NCBI GenBank assembly: GCA_001563335.1
Contig: LRSL01000008.1
Span: forward strand, 1-25,547
Direction of reading: 5' to 3'
Source of the DNA: Candidatus Thorarchaeota archaeon SMTZ1-45
GTDB taxonomy: Archaea > Asgardarchaeota > Thorarchaeia > Thorarchaeales > Thorarchaeaceae
Length of the DNA: 25,547 nt
Position 1 is the stretch's first letter. Each line of letters starts with the position of its first letter. Below, piece after piece: positions 1-8,198 of this stretch. The notes below the pieces were generated by a model that did not search any database, had not been told where the DNA came from, and saw only the letters and a list, made by a program, of their open reading frames with translations. Made by a program: the position numbers and the translations under genes.

Positions 1-367
1 GCATCTCCAAACCATAGAGATCCATGAAGAACTCAAACCATGATATCTGTCTAACCATGACACCAGGGAAGAATGTCATGGTTTCATCAACACTGAATGA
101 AACCATTGAAAATCCAACACCTGATGCCGCGAGAATATCATACAGATTCAGGTCAAGACCCATGCTCTGAAGGACCATTGACAAAGCAGATGGGAAACAG
201 AACCCATTGACCTCCTGCCAGACATAGGGAACATCAGTGATTTCTCCACTTGCTGACAAATCAAACTGATAAACTGGAGATTCTACAGCCTTAGTACCAA
301 TTGGTATCACTGGAATGGAAATCATAATGATGAGGAGGATGGACGCAGATAGTCTAACTGATTTCAT
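1..367 (-). CDS. Secreted C39-like (papain-fold, Peptidase_C39_2/BtrH_N-like) cysteine peptidase domain protein; runs off the left window edge
   Basis: Not in the ORF track; translated by hand from ATG at 367, 4 nt after the permease stop: MKSVRLSASILLIIMISIPVIPIGTKAVESPVYQFDLSASGEITDVPYVWQEVNGFCFPSALSMVLQSMG... The frame is open to the edge. It has an N-terminal signal peptide (K/R, hydrophobic stretch, TKA|V) and the VPYxxQxxxxxCxxxxxxMVL pattern (oxyanion Gln plus catalytic Cys) typical of C39-like peptidases. Confidence 0.75.
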   Translation of the reverse strand, partial: MKSVRLSASILLIIMISIPVIPIGTKAVESPVYQFDLSASGEITDVPYVWQEVNGFCFPSALSMVLQSMGLDLNLYDILAASGVGFSMVSFSVDETMTFFPGVMVRQISWFEFFMDLYGLEM

Positions 368-371
368 GAGT

Positions 372-2018
372 TCAGGCAACCTCCATTACGTTCAACCGAA
401 TCATCCCAATCATTAGAATCACCAGACCTATGATCGGTGTTGGGATACTAGAAATGATCATGGCATAACCAAAGAGACCCTGTCTTATCGCGATCAGCAC
501 GCCCGGTATAATCGACACAATTAAACAGATTATCATGACAACTATAGTGCTAATTTGATTAATAACAAACGCACCACTTGATGTATCCTCATATGATGGG
601 TTAATAGAGGTTATTCCTACACCCACGAAGATTCCACCTAACACAATGGAATAGACAAATCCACAGACGATCAAGATATCTGCTAGTGGAAAGCTGAGCA
701 AGATTCCTGAGAAGATTGCTGGGATGAGGGCATAAGGTATTCCCACAATCATGTAGGAGAGCACCCTCGCAACAATGAATTTTGGTACTCCTCTTGGAGT
801 ACTTTTCAGAATCCAGAGTTGATCACGACTATCAAGAAGCCCAACCCCTCCGAAGATGAATCCTGAGAAAATGCCCAGCATCATGCCAATCATCAGTGAT
901 GTCATGACTGGTACAAACACCGGATCATCAACTATCGTAGCAAATGGGCCAAAGCCAATCAGCAACGGAACGAGAATACCTAGAAATAGTCCGTATGACA
1001 CTTTAGCAATGTTCTGCAATTTTCGGGTGAAATCCTTGAACGATGTGACTACAATCGTTCCGAAACTTCTTCCGAATACCTTGCGGACTCCCCTAATGAA
1101 GAAACCCTCTGGTCCTGCTCGCGCAACCTTCTGACTCCCTGGGCTTGCACCATATGCAAATAACCTATCTGCACTTTTGAATCCTAGAACCAAAACAAGT
1201 ATAGAAAAGATACCCAATAAAACCATATCAACGATCGGACTAACTGCAAACCAATAAAGCTCTAGATTCAGTATAGATGAGGGTCTCAGAGATCCTGTAT
1301 ACATGGCTATCCATGTCAGGATGTCCGCAGACCAAGTTGAAGGGAGAATCATTGACACATTTAGATTGAGGAGTGATACGATACTGTTCATCCAATACAT
1401 TGATCCCATTGCGGGTATTGCAACAAGAGGAGCAAGTGCCCAACTCAATGCCTTTCCAATGTCATCCCCTCGAGGTGATGAACCAATCTTTGCATGAATT
1501 GCTGTACTGAACACTGTCGATAGCCAGATTGTGACTATAGCAAACAAGAAAATTACTAGGTACATCAAGAGCTGTCCAATTATTGATACATTATACGCAT
1601 AGACAAAGGGTGAGACTGCAATTGGTCCCAAAGCAATGACAATAATGCCATAAACTGGAATCCTCCCAACAAATGTTCCAAAGAGGAGGTCTCTCGTCTT
1701 TACATTATTACTAAAGAGTATCTCCCATTGTCCAATCTTGACATTTTCAAGACTATTTGAAATTGGAACTATAAGTATAAACATCCAAAGGACCATCATA
1801 ATCGTTCTAAGTAGTCCTGGGAAGGATGTAGCTAGCATTATTTCAAAAACTGCACCCGCCCGTGAAAAGAAGTATCCGAGTATAGTAGGAATGAGGAAGA
1901 TTCCAAACGCCAACGCAAGACCAATAACTAATGGATACAATATCTTCCGAGACCTATGGAGTTTGGATGTTCGAACGAGAAACTCCGCTTTCGCAATAGC
2001 CCACCAGACCCGGCCCAA
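372..2018 (-). CDS. ABC-2 type exporter permease, double-length (about 12-14 TM, two similar halves)
   Basis: 548 aa, highly hydrophobic. Two halves have similar coupling-helix segments (QWEILFSNNVKTRDLLFG and QLWILKSTPRGVPKFIVAR). TTG start with GGAGG 7 nt upstream, 1 nt after the ABC ATPase stop. Confidence 0.85.
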   Translation of the reverse strand: MGRVWWAIAKAEFLVRTSKLHRSRKILYPLVIGLALAFGIFLIPTILGYFFSRAGAVFEIMLATSFPGLLRTIMMVLWMFILIVPISNSLENVKIGQWEILFSNNVKTRDLLFGTFVGRIPVYGIIVIALGPIAVSPFVYAYNVSIIGQLLMYLVIFLFAIVTIWLSTVFSTAIHAKIGSSPRGDDIGKALSWALAPLVAIPAMGSMYWMNSIVSLLNLNVSMILPSTWSADILTWIAMYTGSLRPSSILNLELYWFAVSPIVDMVLLGIFSILVLVLGFKSADRLFAYGASPGSQKVARAGPEGFFIRGVRKVFGRSFGTIVVTSFKDFTRKLQNIAKVSYGLFLGILVPLLIGFGPFATIVDDPVFVPVMTSLMIGMMLGIFSGFIFGGVGLLDSRDQLWILKSTPRGVPKFIVARVLSYMIVGIPYALIPAIFSGILLSFPLADILIVCGFVYSIVLGGIFVGVGITSINPSYEDTSSGAFVINQISTIVVMIICLIVSIIPGVLIAIRQGLFGYAMIISSIPTPIIGLVILMIGMIRLNVMEVA

Positions 2019-2019
2019 C

Positions 2020-2790
2020 TCACTGCCTCCAGCTTAGGAGGGTTTCGCGATCAATCTCTCCACCTACTATCTTGAGGTAAGCATCCTCGAGATCCCTTCC
2101 CCCCATCTGCTCAATGATTTCGTTGGGTGCGCCAAGGGTTGTAAGGATGCCCTGATTCAGGATTCCGATGACCTCACAAACATCCTCTGCAAAATCAGTC
2201 ATGTGTGTACAAATGAAGAAGGTGGTATCAGTTTCCTTCGCCATTGCAAGGATTATCTCTTTCACAAGAACACTTGCCGCAGGATCCAACCTGGATGTTG
2301 GTTCATCGAGAAATACAAGCGCTGGTTCATGAAGCACGGTTGATGCAACCAATACCTTCTGTTTCATTCCACTACTATAACTCTCTAAGAGGTCGTTCTG
2401 TCTACCCTCAAGACCCAGAATTCCTAAGAGACTATCAATCCGTCTGTGGAGTGATTCTCCACTCAAGTTGTTAAGAGCTCCTATGAACTCAAGAAACTCG
2501 ACAGCTGACAACTTAGAATAAAGCCCAGGTGATTCGGGCAATAGACCAGTCACACTTTTTATCGCATTCCGTTCGGTGTGTACGTTGTATCCACAGACTG
2601 TTGCATTACCAGCAGTTGGTTTTAACAGTCCAGAAAGGATTCTCACGGTCGTTGTCTTCCCTGCCCCATTTGGACCGAGATAGCCAAAGACACTACCCTT
2701 CCGTACAACAAGATTGAGATCTTTCAACGCTACAACAGGACCAAAATTCTTCGAAAGGCCCTGCGTCTGAATATGAATACCATTAGACAC
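2020..2790 (-). CDS. ABC transporter ATP-binding protein (ABC-2/multidrug exporter type)
   Basis: Walker A GPNGAGKTT, signature YSSGMKQ, Walker B VFLDEPT, H-loop CTH; 256 aa; GTG start. Confidence 0.95.
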   Translation of the reverse strand: MSNGIHIQTQGLSKNFGPVVALKDLNLVVRKGSVFGYLGPNGAGKTTTVRILSGLLKPTAGNATVCGYNVHTERNAIKSVTGLLPESPGLYSKLSAVEFLEFIGALNNLSGESLHRRIDSLLGILGLEGRQNDLLESYSSGMKQKVLVASTVLHEPALVFLDEPTSRLDPAASVLVKEIILAMAKETDTTFFICTHMTDFAEDVCEVIGILNQGILTTLGAPNEIIEQMGGRDLEDAYLKIVGGEIDRETLLSWRQ

Positions 2791-3040
2791 ATATCTAACC
2801 CCAGTGGTTCTCCATGAATCACTCTTTCTTGAAAGGTTATAAGTAATTAAATCAGCGCAATGAATTTTGACAAAAACTCATTCACATCATCATGTTAGTT
2901 CTCTATTCTAGAAATCCTAGCTGTCCCAATATAGAGAATTACTGGTCCAACAATGAAAATTGGTTGAATAGGTGCGCTGAGAAGTTTGCGCCCAAGACTT
3001 TAAGATTTAAATCAATACACTTGGTGCAGGAGATTTTAAT

Positions 3041-4087
3041 TTGAAGCAAGTCATCAGCAAGTGTGGCAATATATGTTCTAGTTGTCCTTGGGGAGTATGG
3101 ATTCGAAAGAACCAGAGTCCTGATGAATGGGAGTCATTTGTTCGAGATGTGAAAAAATATCTAGGATATACACCGACGAAAAATCCCTGTCATGGCTGTC
3201 AGACTCCCACTGAAAATCTTGCAAAAGATGTTGGAGTACATAATTTTCTACGAGGTTGTTCTGCCCGAAAGTGTGCATTCCATAACAACTTCAAAAACTG
3301 TGCTTACTGTTCTATATACCCCTGTGATAAAATCAAGGTAATGAATCTCAATAATAGTCGGAAAGATGTCGAACAGCGTATTGGGGAACCTCTTCCTGAT
3401 GACAAATACCTGGCATATGTTCATATCTTTGAAGGAAAGAAAACACTTGACAAGATCCGATCAGGTCTTCAACCTGATCAGATTCATGCAGTCAAAAAGA
3501 TAGACCTGAAACCACCCTCAATCGTTCCCTTTCCAGAAGTAAAGATGACGACTAAGACCTCATCGTACAAATCACTTCATGATATACTCTCACGAATAAT
3601 TACTTCTGACCTTGGACTGATTAATACTGATACACTAGCTGTTCAAGATTTGCTTACGAGTCGTCGTAGAGTTCTCCTCAAACTCCTATGGATAGTTGCA
3701 AAGCATGGAATTGTAGAAGGTTCAAGATTATCAACTGACTCGATAACAATAAATAAACAAAAGAAGGGTACATCAGGTTTTCCAACAACAGAGTCTGGCT
3801 GGAGAAGATGGGTGGAGATTTTGGAGCAGGTTGGGATTAAAGGTGACATGGAGCTTGCTCCTCTCGATAAAGATGAACTAATCAGCCCAATAGGATGGTT
3901 AAGAGATAGGATTTCTGGATCAAATAATCCTGCTTGGTATCTGAAGATTGCACTTGATGAAGCATATGGTGGATCTAATGTTTTGAAAGACCTAGTTTCC
4001 TATGTAGAACTTCTCGATGGTGAATTTAGTACGCGTGCATTCACAAAATTCTCTAGAGCTGACATGAGTTTCTTAAAAGCCAAATAA
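3041..4087 (+). CDS. DUF3795-like Cys-rich metal-binding domain protein with an uncharacterised C-terminal extension
   Basis: N-terminal CGxxCxxCP...CHGC...GCxxRKC...NCAYCxxYPC pattern matches DUF3795. TTG start preceded by GGAG. Confidence 0.7.
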   Translation: MKQVISKCGNICSSCPWGVWIRKNQSPDEWESFVRDVKKYLGYTPTKNPCHGCQTPTENLAKDVGVHNFLRGCSARKCAFHNNFKNCAYCSIYPCDKIKVMNLNNSRKDVEQRIGEPLPDDKYLAYVHIFEGKKTLDKIRSGLQPDQIHAVKKIDLKPPSIVPFPEVKMTTKTSSYKSLHDILSRIITSDLGLINTDTLAVQDLLTSRRRVLLKLLWIVAKHGIVEGSRLSTDSITINKQKKGTSGFPTTESGWRRWVEILEQVGIKGDMELAPLDKDELISPIGWLRDRISGSNNPAWYLKIALDEAYGGSNVLKDLVSYVELLDGEFSTRAFTKFSRADMSFLKAK

Positions 4088-4095
4088 TAAATTAG

Positions 4096-4122
4096 AGGAG
4101 AGAAGCTACTGCACTCTCTCCT
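4096..4122. terminator. Hairpin between convergent genes (possible bidirectional terminator or processing site)
   Basis: AGGAGAGA (4096-4103) and TCTCTCCT (4115-4122) form a perfect 8-bp inverted repeat in the 55-nt gap between two stop codons. Confidence 0.4.
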
Positions 4123-4142
4123 TCCAACAAACAAAGAATTGT

Positions 4143-4736
4143 TTACAGATTCCAATTGTATCGAAGAGTCAAATCAACATCTACTGTCCAAACACTTGTC
4201 TTTGAACTAGCTTCAAACCAGATTACCCAGACATAGGTCGAAGCATAGTTTTGGAGATTGAAGAAACCTGTTGCAGTGTCGTAATAATCTCCTTGCTCAA
4301 CAAGGTATGAATCAAGGCCTGCCCAAGTTGGAATCGAATCAAATGTCGTTTGGTCTATTTCGTATATTGCAAAGTGTATTGTTACTGTAACGACATCCAC
4401 ACCTGTGTCATCAACACTAATATCGAAGTAGACATCTGGCGGTGTTGTTGTCTGTGTTTCAGAGCTGTAAACATCAAACTCATCATAATAGAAAGTTGAG
4501 AAAAGATCAACATCGATATTGTTGAAGCTTCCGAGAGACCTTTCAGAATAGGATGGTTCACCATTACCCCAATTAAAGAAGCTCCAGAAGCTACCAACGA
4601 AGACAATGGCAATGATAATAATTCCAATAATGAAAATGACACAAATTATCGCGCCCCATTTACAACAGTCTGATGACGTTGATTTTTTTGGAGCTTGCTG
4701 ATATGGTTCAGGACCTGGCATAGGGATTTCAGTCAT
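4143..4736 (-). CDS. Hypothetical single-pass membrane protein with an acidic beta-rich ectodomain
   Basis: Pro-rich N-terminal tail, CC pair, one very hydrophobic TM (GAIICVIFIIGIIIIAIVFVG), then a D/T/V/Y-rich alternating beta-pattern domain. Confidence 0.75.
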   Translation of the reverse strand: MTEIPMPGPEPYQQAPKKSTSSDCCKWGAIICVIFIIGIIIIAIVFVGSFWSFFNWGNGEPSYSERSLGSFNNIDVDLFSTFYYDEFDVYSSETQTTTPPDVYFDISVDDTGVDVVTVTIHFAIYEIDQTTFDSIPTWAGLDSYLVEQGDYYDTATGFFNLQNYASTYVWVIWFEASSKTSVWTVDVDLTLRYNWNL

Positions 4737-4849
4737 GGTTATCCACTCAAGAAATGATACTTCTGCTGCTTATTTTAATTTCTCCGAGATATAGACATCA
4801 ATCACTTCGATGGTTATAATTAAATTCAATCTAGCTCTTCAAGGTTTTT

Positions 4850-5533
4850 ATGTCAAGAAAAATAGTGGAACGAATCTTTGAGGAACTCCAAAAGCTTGGT
4901 AAGAGAGAGAGAAAGGAAAAGATTGCTGAATATTTGAAGACATCATTGTTGGATTTTATTGGAGTCGAACTTCCAGACATCCATAGGACAGTAAAACAAA
5001 ATATCAAAGGACTAAAAATGGAAGAACTTCCTGAGGTCATGAAGGGTCTTTGGGCAATTGAAACATTCGAGTCCCGGATAGCAGCTATTGATGTTTTGAA
5101 AGATTACGCAAAGAAAGGTTCTGTCGCAATAGCTTTGGATCTTGCTGACAAGTGGATTGATGATGCAGACACATGGGGCATTGTTGATCCACTATGTTCA
5201 CCTACAATTGGTTCGATGTTACTGCGTGACTCTAAAGTAGAAGAAACTTTGAGATTTTGGCGAGAATCTGATAACTTTTGGAGAAGGCGAGCCTCCGTTC
5301 TACCATTTCTCTATCTTACGCTGAAGACCCAATACAAACCTGAGTTCAATGATAAAATCCTTGAGGCTGTGTCTCCTCATATTTCCGATGAAGAATTCTT
5401 TGTTGGAAAAGCTGCTGGTTGGGTGCTTCGAGAACTCAGTAAAAGAGACCCTAGTATAGTAAGGAAGTATTTTGACAAGAACCGAGAGAGAATGACAAAA
5501 CTTGTGATAAGAGAGGGGTCAAAAAAACTCTGA
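4850..5533 (+). CDS. alkD: AlkD-like HEAT-repeat DNA alkylation repair glycosylase
   Basis: Family motifs TWGIVD, W..S.NFWRRRAS and EEFFVGKAAGWVLRELSK (the catalytic W/D/R/W set of AlkD); 227 aa. Confidence 0.88.
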   Translation: MSRKIVERIFEELQKLGKRERKEKIAEYLKTSLLDFIGVELPDIHRTVKQNIKGLKMEELPEVMKGLWAIETFESRIAAIDVLKDYAKKGSVAIALDLADKWIDDADTWGIVDPLCSPTIGSMLLRDSKVEETLRFWRESDNFWRRRASVLPFLYLTLKTQYKPEFNDKILEAVSPHISDEEFFVGKAAGWVLRELSKRDPSIVRKYFDKNRERMTKLVIREGSKKL

Positions 5534-5534
5534 A

Positions 5535-6755
5535 TCATAAACCTCTCAAGTGTTCTAGGATTCTGTTCTTCGCTGATTTCGGAGTGACATTATTGACTGA
5601 GATTTCCTCCACATTGTGAAACTCTCTAAACTTATGAATTCCTTTTGCCAGCCTATCTAAACCTGTTCTCTCCTTCCAAAAATCATCTTCAAGATACAAT
5701 GAGATTAACTCAAGTCGATTTTCATTTCGGTATACTTTCGCATCTGCCCTGGCAACTATATTAGATCCATCGAGAATAGGAAGAACATGATATCCATATT
5801 TTCGCTTGTCTGGAGGAACATAAGATTCCAGTTTGTAATCAAATTCCCAAATTTTGAGAGGGTAATGTCGCTCCCGGATGATATTATCAAATGGACTAAG
5901 AAATTTGACTGGATCTTCAGACAGATTTGCTTCCATCCTCTCCAAACTCTTAACCTTCTTACTCAACATGTAATAATGTTCTTTGATGCCATCAATCTTC
6001 ACTTGCTCCAAATTTCCCTCTCTAACAAGTGTATCCAGATGGCCTTCAATTGCAGATTTCTGATTATTCCATAGATACTCAGCTGGCCATCGTCCCAGAT
6101 ATGACCGGATGTCCAGAAAATTTCCCAATCCCAGAGAACCGAGAGTGGTTTCCACTACGAACCTAGCAAGCTCAGAGGTTTCCATTGGAGTTGAGTCGAT
6201 ATGAGATGGAAGTACCCTCTCTGTCAAATCATAGAACTTCTGAAAATTTGTCCTAAATGCTATCATAATCTGTCCTGTGTAATGGAGATACTGCATCGAC
6301 CTGCTCTCTAGAGACCCTCCCCACCCAAGATTCTCTCCTTTGAAATCTGAACTAGAAGTCAGTCCGTTCTTTTTGATATACTTGTAGACTTCCTGAATAG
6401 TTACTTTCATTTTCTCCCCGAATCTCTCATAGTATCCTTTTGTTGATGATCTATTGTGTTCCATTTTTCTCGCATAGAAAGGATAGGTTTCAATAGGAAC
6501 CAAACACAATGAATGTGACCAGTATTCGAAGAGCTTGCTTTTCTTCAGATCTTTCCATACGTCGCCTTCTCTATATTGTTCATATCTGTTGAAAGTAGTC
6601 AGGTTATGACTTCTTGATACTACAGACATTGTATCGATTTGTATACTATGAATCCTCTTGGCTACATTCATAACTGACCTTGAAGGCTTCTGCGTTCGAA
6701 GTCCTTGAACATCCAGAATGAATCTTCTTGCTATATTGGAAGAAATTTCTATCAT
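5535..6755 (-). CDS. ycaQ: YcaQ/AlkZ-family (HTH_42 winged-helix) crosslink-repair DNA glycosylase
   Basis: IQID catalytic QxD motif, VSRSH, LFEYWSH, YDLTERVLP, LSPFDNII, ESYVP..KRKYGY..LPIL; 406 aa. Confidence 0.9.
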   Translation of the reverse strand: MIEISSNIARRFILDVQGLRTQKPSRSVMNVAKRIHSIQIDTMSVVSRSHNLTTFNRYEQYREGDVWKDLKKSKLFEYWSHSLCLVPIETYPFYARKMEHNRSSTKGYYERFGEKMKVTIQEVYKYIKKNGLTSSSDFKGENLGWGGSLESRSMQYLHYTGQIMIAFRTNFQKFYDLTERVLPSHIDSTPMETSELARFVVETTLGSLGLGNFLDIRSYLGRWPAEYLWNNQKSAIEGHLDTLVREGNLEQVKIDGIKEHYYMLSKKVKSLERMEANLSEDPVKFLSPFDNIIRERHYPLKIWEFDYKLESYVPPDKRKYGYHVLPILDGSNIVARADAKVYRNENRLELISLYLEDDFWKERTGLDRLAKGIHKFREFHNVEEISVNNVTPKSAKNRILEHLRGL

Positions 6756-7082
6756 AGCAAACTTCTCACGGTGTTTTTCCTTTATTAAATGAACACAAAT
6801 CCTCGATCGAATTTCTCCTTCAAGCTAGATCTCATTTCTACTTTCATATTCCTTGAAACCTTCTTAGTAAATGAATACGCCTTCTCAAGGTATTCACATC
6901 AATAATCCACTAAAGATACGAGATATAGCAGATGATGTGAGAGAGGTAATACTAGTTTCACATCTAAAAATGATTTGAAATCGTCAAATTACTCTTCAAG
7001 AAGACTCCTAAGAATATCTTCTCAGGTGGACTAGATATGTGCACATATTTTCCAGAAGCGTTTTTAAAACCGATATGATGCG

Positions 7083-7334
7083 CTATTCACGAATTGTTGC
7101 TATCTCGAGGAGTTCAGGTGTAGGTTCTCCTCTCATGTTCTTTAGTAGACTTGTTGAAGCTCCCCGCTTTTTGAGCTCACGTTCCAATCTATCTATGCAG
7201 ACTGTGATATTGATTTGAGCGTTCTTCAAAGTAACAATGCTGAGACGTAGCTCATCATCTGTGCATGAGGACATCTTACGTGGGATGCAACATTTGAATG
7301 AGATTTTCCGTTCTTTGTCTTCATCAGTGTTCAA
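7083..7334 (-). CDS. Small hypothetical protein with a predicted coiled coil
   Basis: 83 aa; TTG start with GAGGTG RBS (reverse complement of 7344-7349); heptad-like segment ELRLSIVTLKNAQINITVCIDRLERELKKR. Confidence 0.55.
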   Translation of the reverse strand: MNTDEDKERKISFKCCIPRKMSSCTDDELRLSIVTLKNAQINITVCIDRLERELKKRGASTSLLKNMRGEPTPELLEIATIRE

Positions 7335-7349
7335 TGGCTCTTACACCTC

Positions 7350-7368
7350 TGGACATTGATAATGTCCA
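7350..7368. promoter_or_regulatory. Palindromic operator-like site
   Basis: TGGACATT-gat-AATGTCCA, a perfect 8-3-8 inverted repeat between a TATA-like ATTATAAT (about 7369-7377) and the RBS of the 83-aa ORF. Confidence 0.45.
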
Positions 7369-7607
7369 ATTATAATCAGTACTTTTGGATTAATTAGGTT
7401 ATCTTTTCAAAAGGTAAGGTTTGAAACTTCAAGATATACAAATGGACACACATTGAACCTCTTGATATACATAAATGTTACATTTTGAAAATGGCAGGCT
7501 GTGTTTGAAGCTTCTTCTTGATGCATTATACAAAACCTTTCAATCTAAAAGTCCTTTATTCAGAGATCTCTTGTTTACATTTTCGTTTGTCCAATAATCT
7601 ATCAAAC

Positions 7608-8138
7608 TTAATTTCCTACTTCCGAGTATCTACTACCCCCAATGAATATTTCATTAGCACAATTTCTGCATTTCAACCAGATATTGTCTCTAGCTGATTC
7701 GAATGATATCAAAACCTTGCAGTGTGGACATTCGAGTTTGTATTCCCTAAGTTCTCCAGCAGGAGCATATTGAGCAAAGTCTAAATGAAATAAATTCCAG
7801 AGAATCTCCATCATTTCTCCTTGAGAGAACACATCTAGAATGAACTCACTTATTTGATCCAATTCCTTCGAAGACACATCTCGATTCTCCAGGGCGCTTA
7901 AGATCAGGTCTGTTGTTTGTTTGTCCGCTTTGAATTTCATTGTGGCATATGAAATCCCCTCTTTTTCGAAAATACATTCAATAAAAAGACCATTTGGAAA
8001 TTCATAGGATCGGTTTATGTGCCCGTCATAAGGGTCATAATACTCCTTCGCAATGCATTTCTCAATCTTCATTTTTTTCCATAAGTATACGAGAGTTTCT
8101 GCTTGCCAATCCTCCATCGTGTTCAAGGCTCCCCTCAA
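7608..8138 (-). CDS. Hypothetical protein with a C-terminal zinc ribbon
   Basis: CPHC-x16-CRNC at the C-terminus. The true start is probably TTG 8126 or ATG 8117, because a GAGGGG RBS lies inside the first codons of the called ORF. Confidence 0.65.
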   Translation of the reverse strand: MRGALNTMEDWQAETLVYLWKKMKIEKCIAKEYYDPYDGHINRSYEFPNGLFIECIFEKEGISYATMKFKADKQTTDLILSALENRDVSSKELDQISEFILDVFSQGEMMEILWNLFHLDFAQYAPAGELREYKLECPHCKVLISFESARDNIWLKCRNCANEIFIGGSRYSEVGN

Positions 8139-8198
8139 ATTCTAAATTAGATTGAAAGAATATAATCTTAATTCACTGTTTTAAGAATAGGAGTTATC

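Noticed and set aside
6786-6965. Possible selenocysteine read-through ORF on the - strand (...VDY-TGA-CEYLEKAY...)
   Set aside because: The sequence upstream of the TGA does not look protein-like, there is no clear start or RBS, no selenoprotein motif and no recognisable SECIS element.
7421-7535. Degenerate CRISPR array (TTGAAAC-containing repeats)
   Set aside because: Only two or three poorly matching copies, a 32-nt period leaves no room for spacers, and there are no cas genes in the window.
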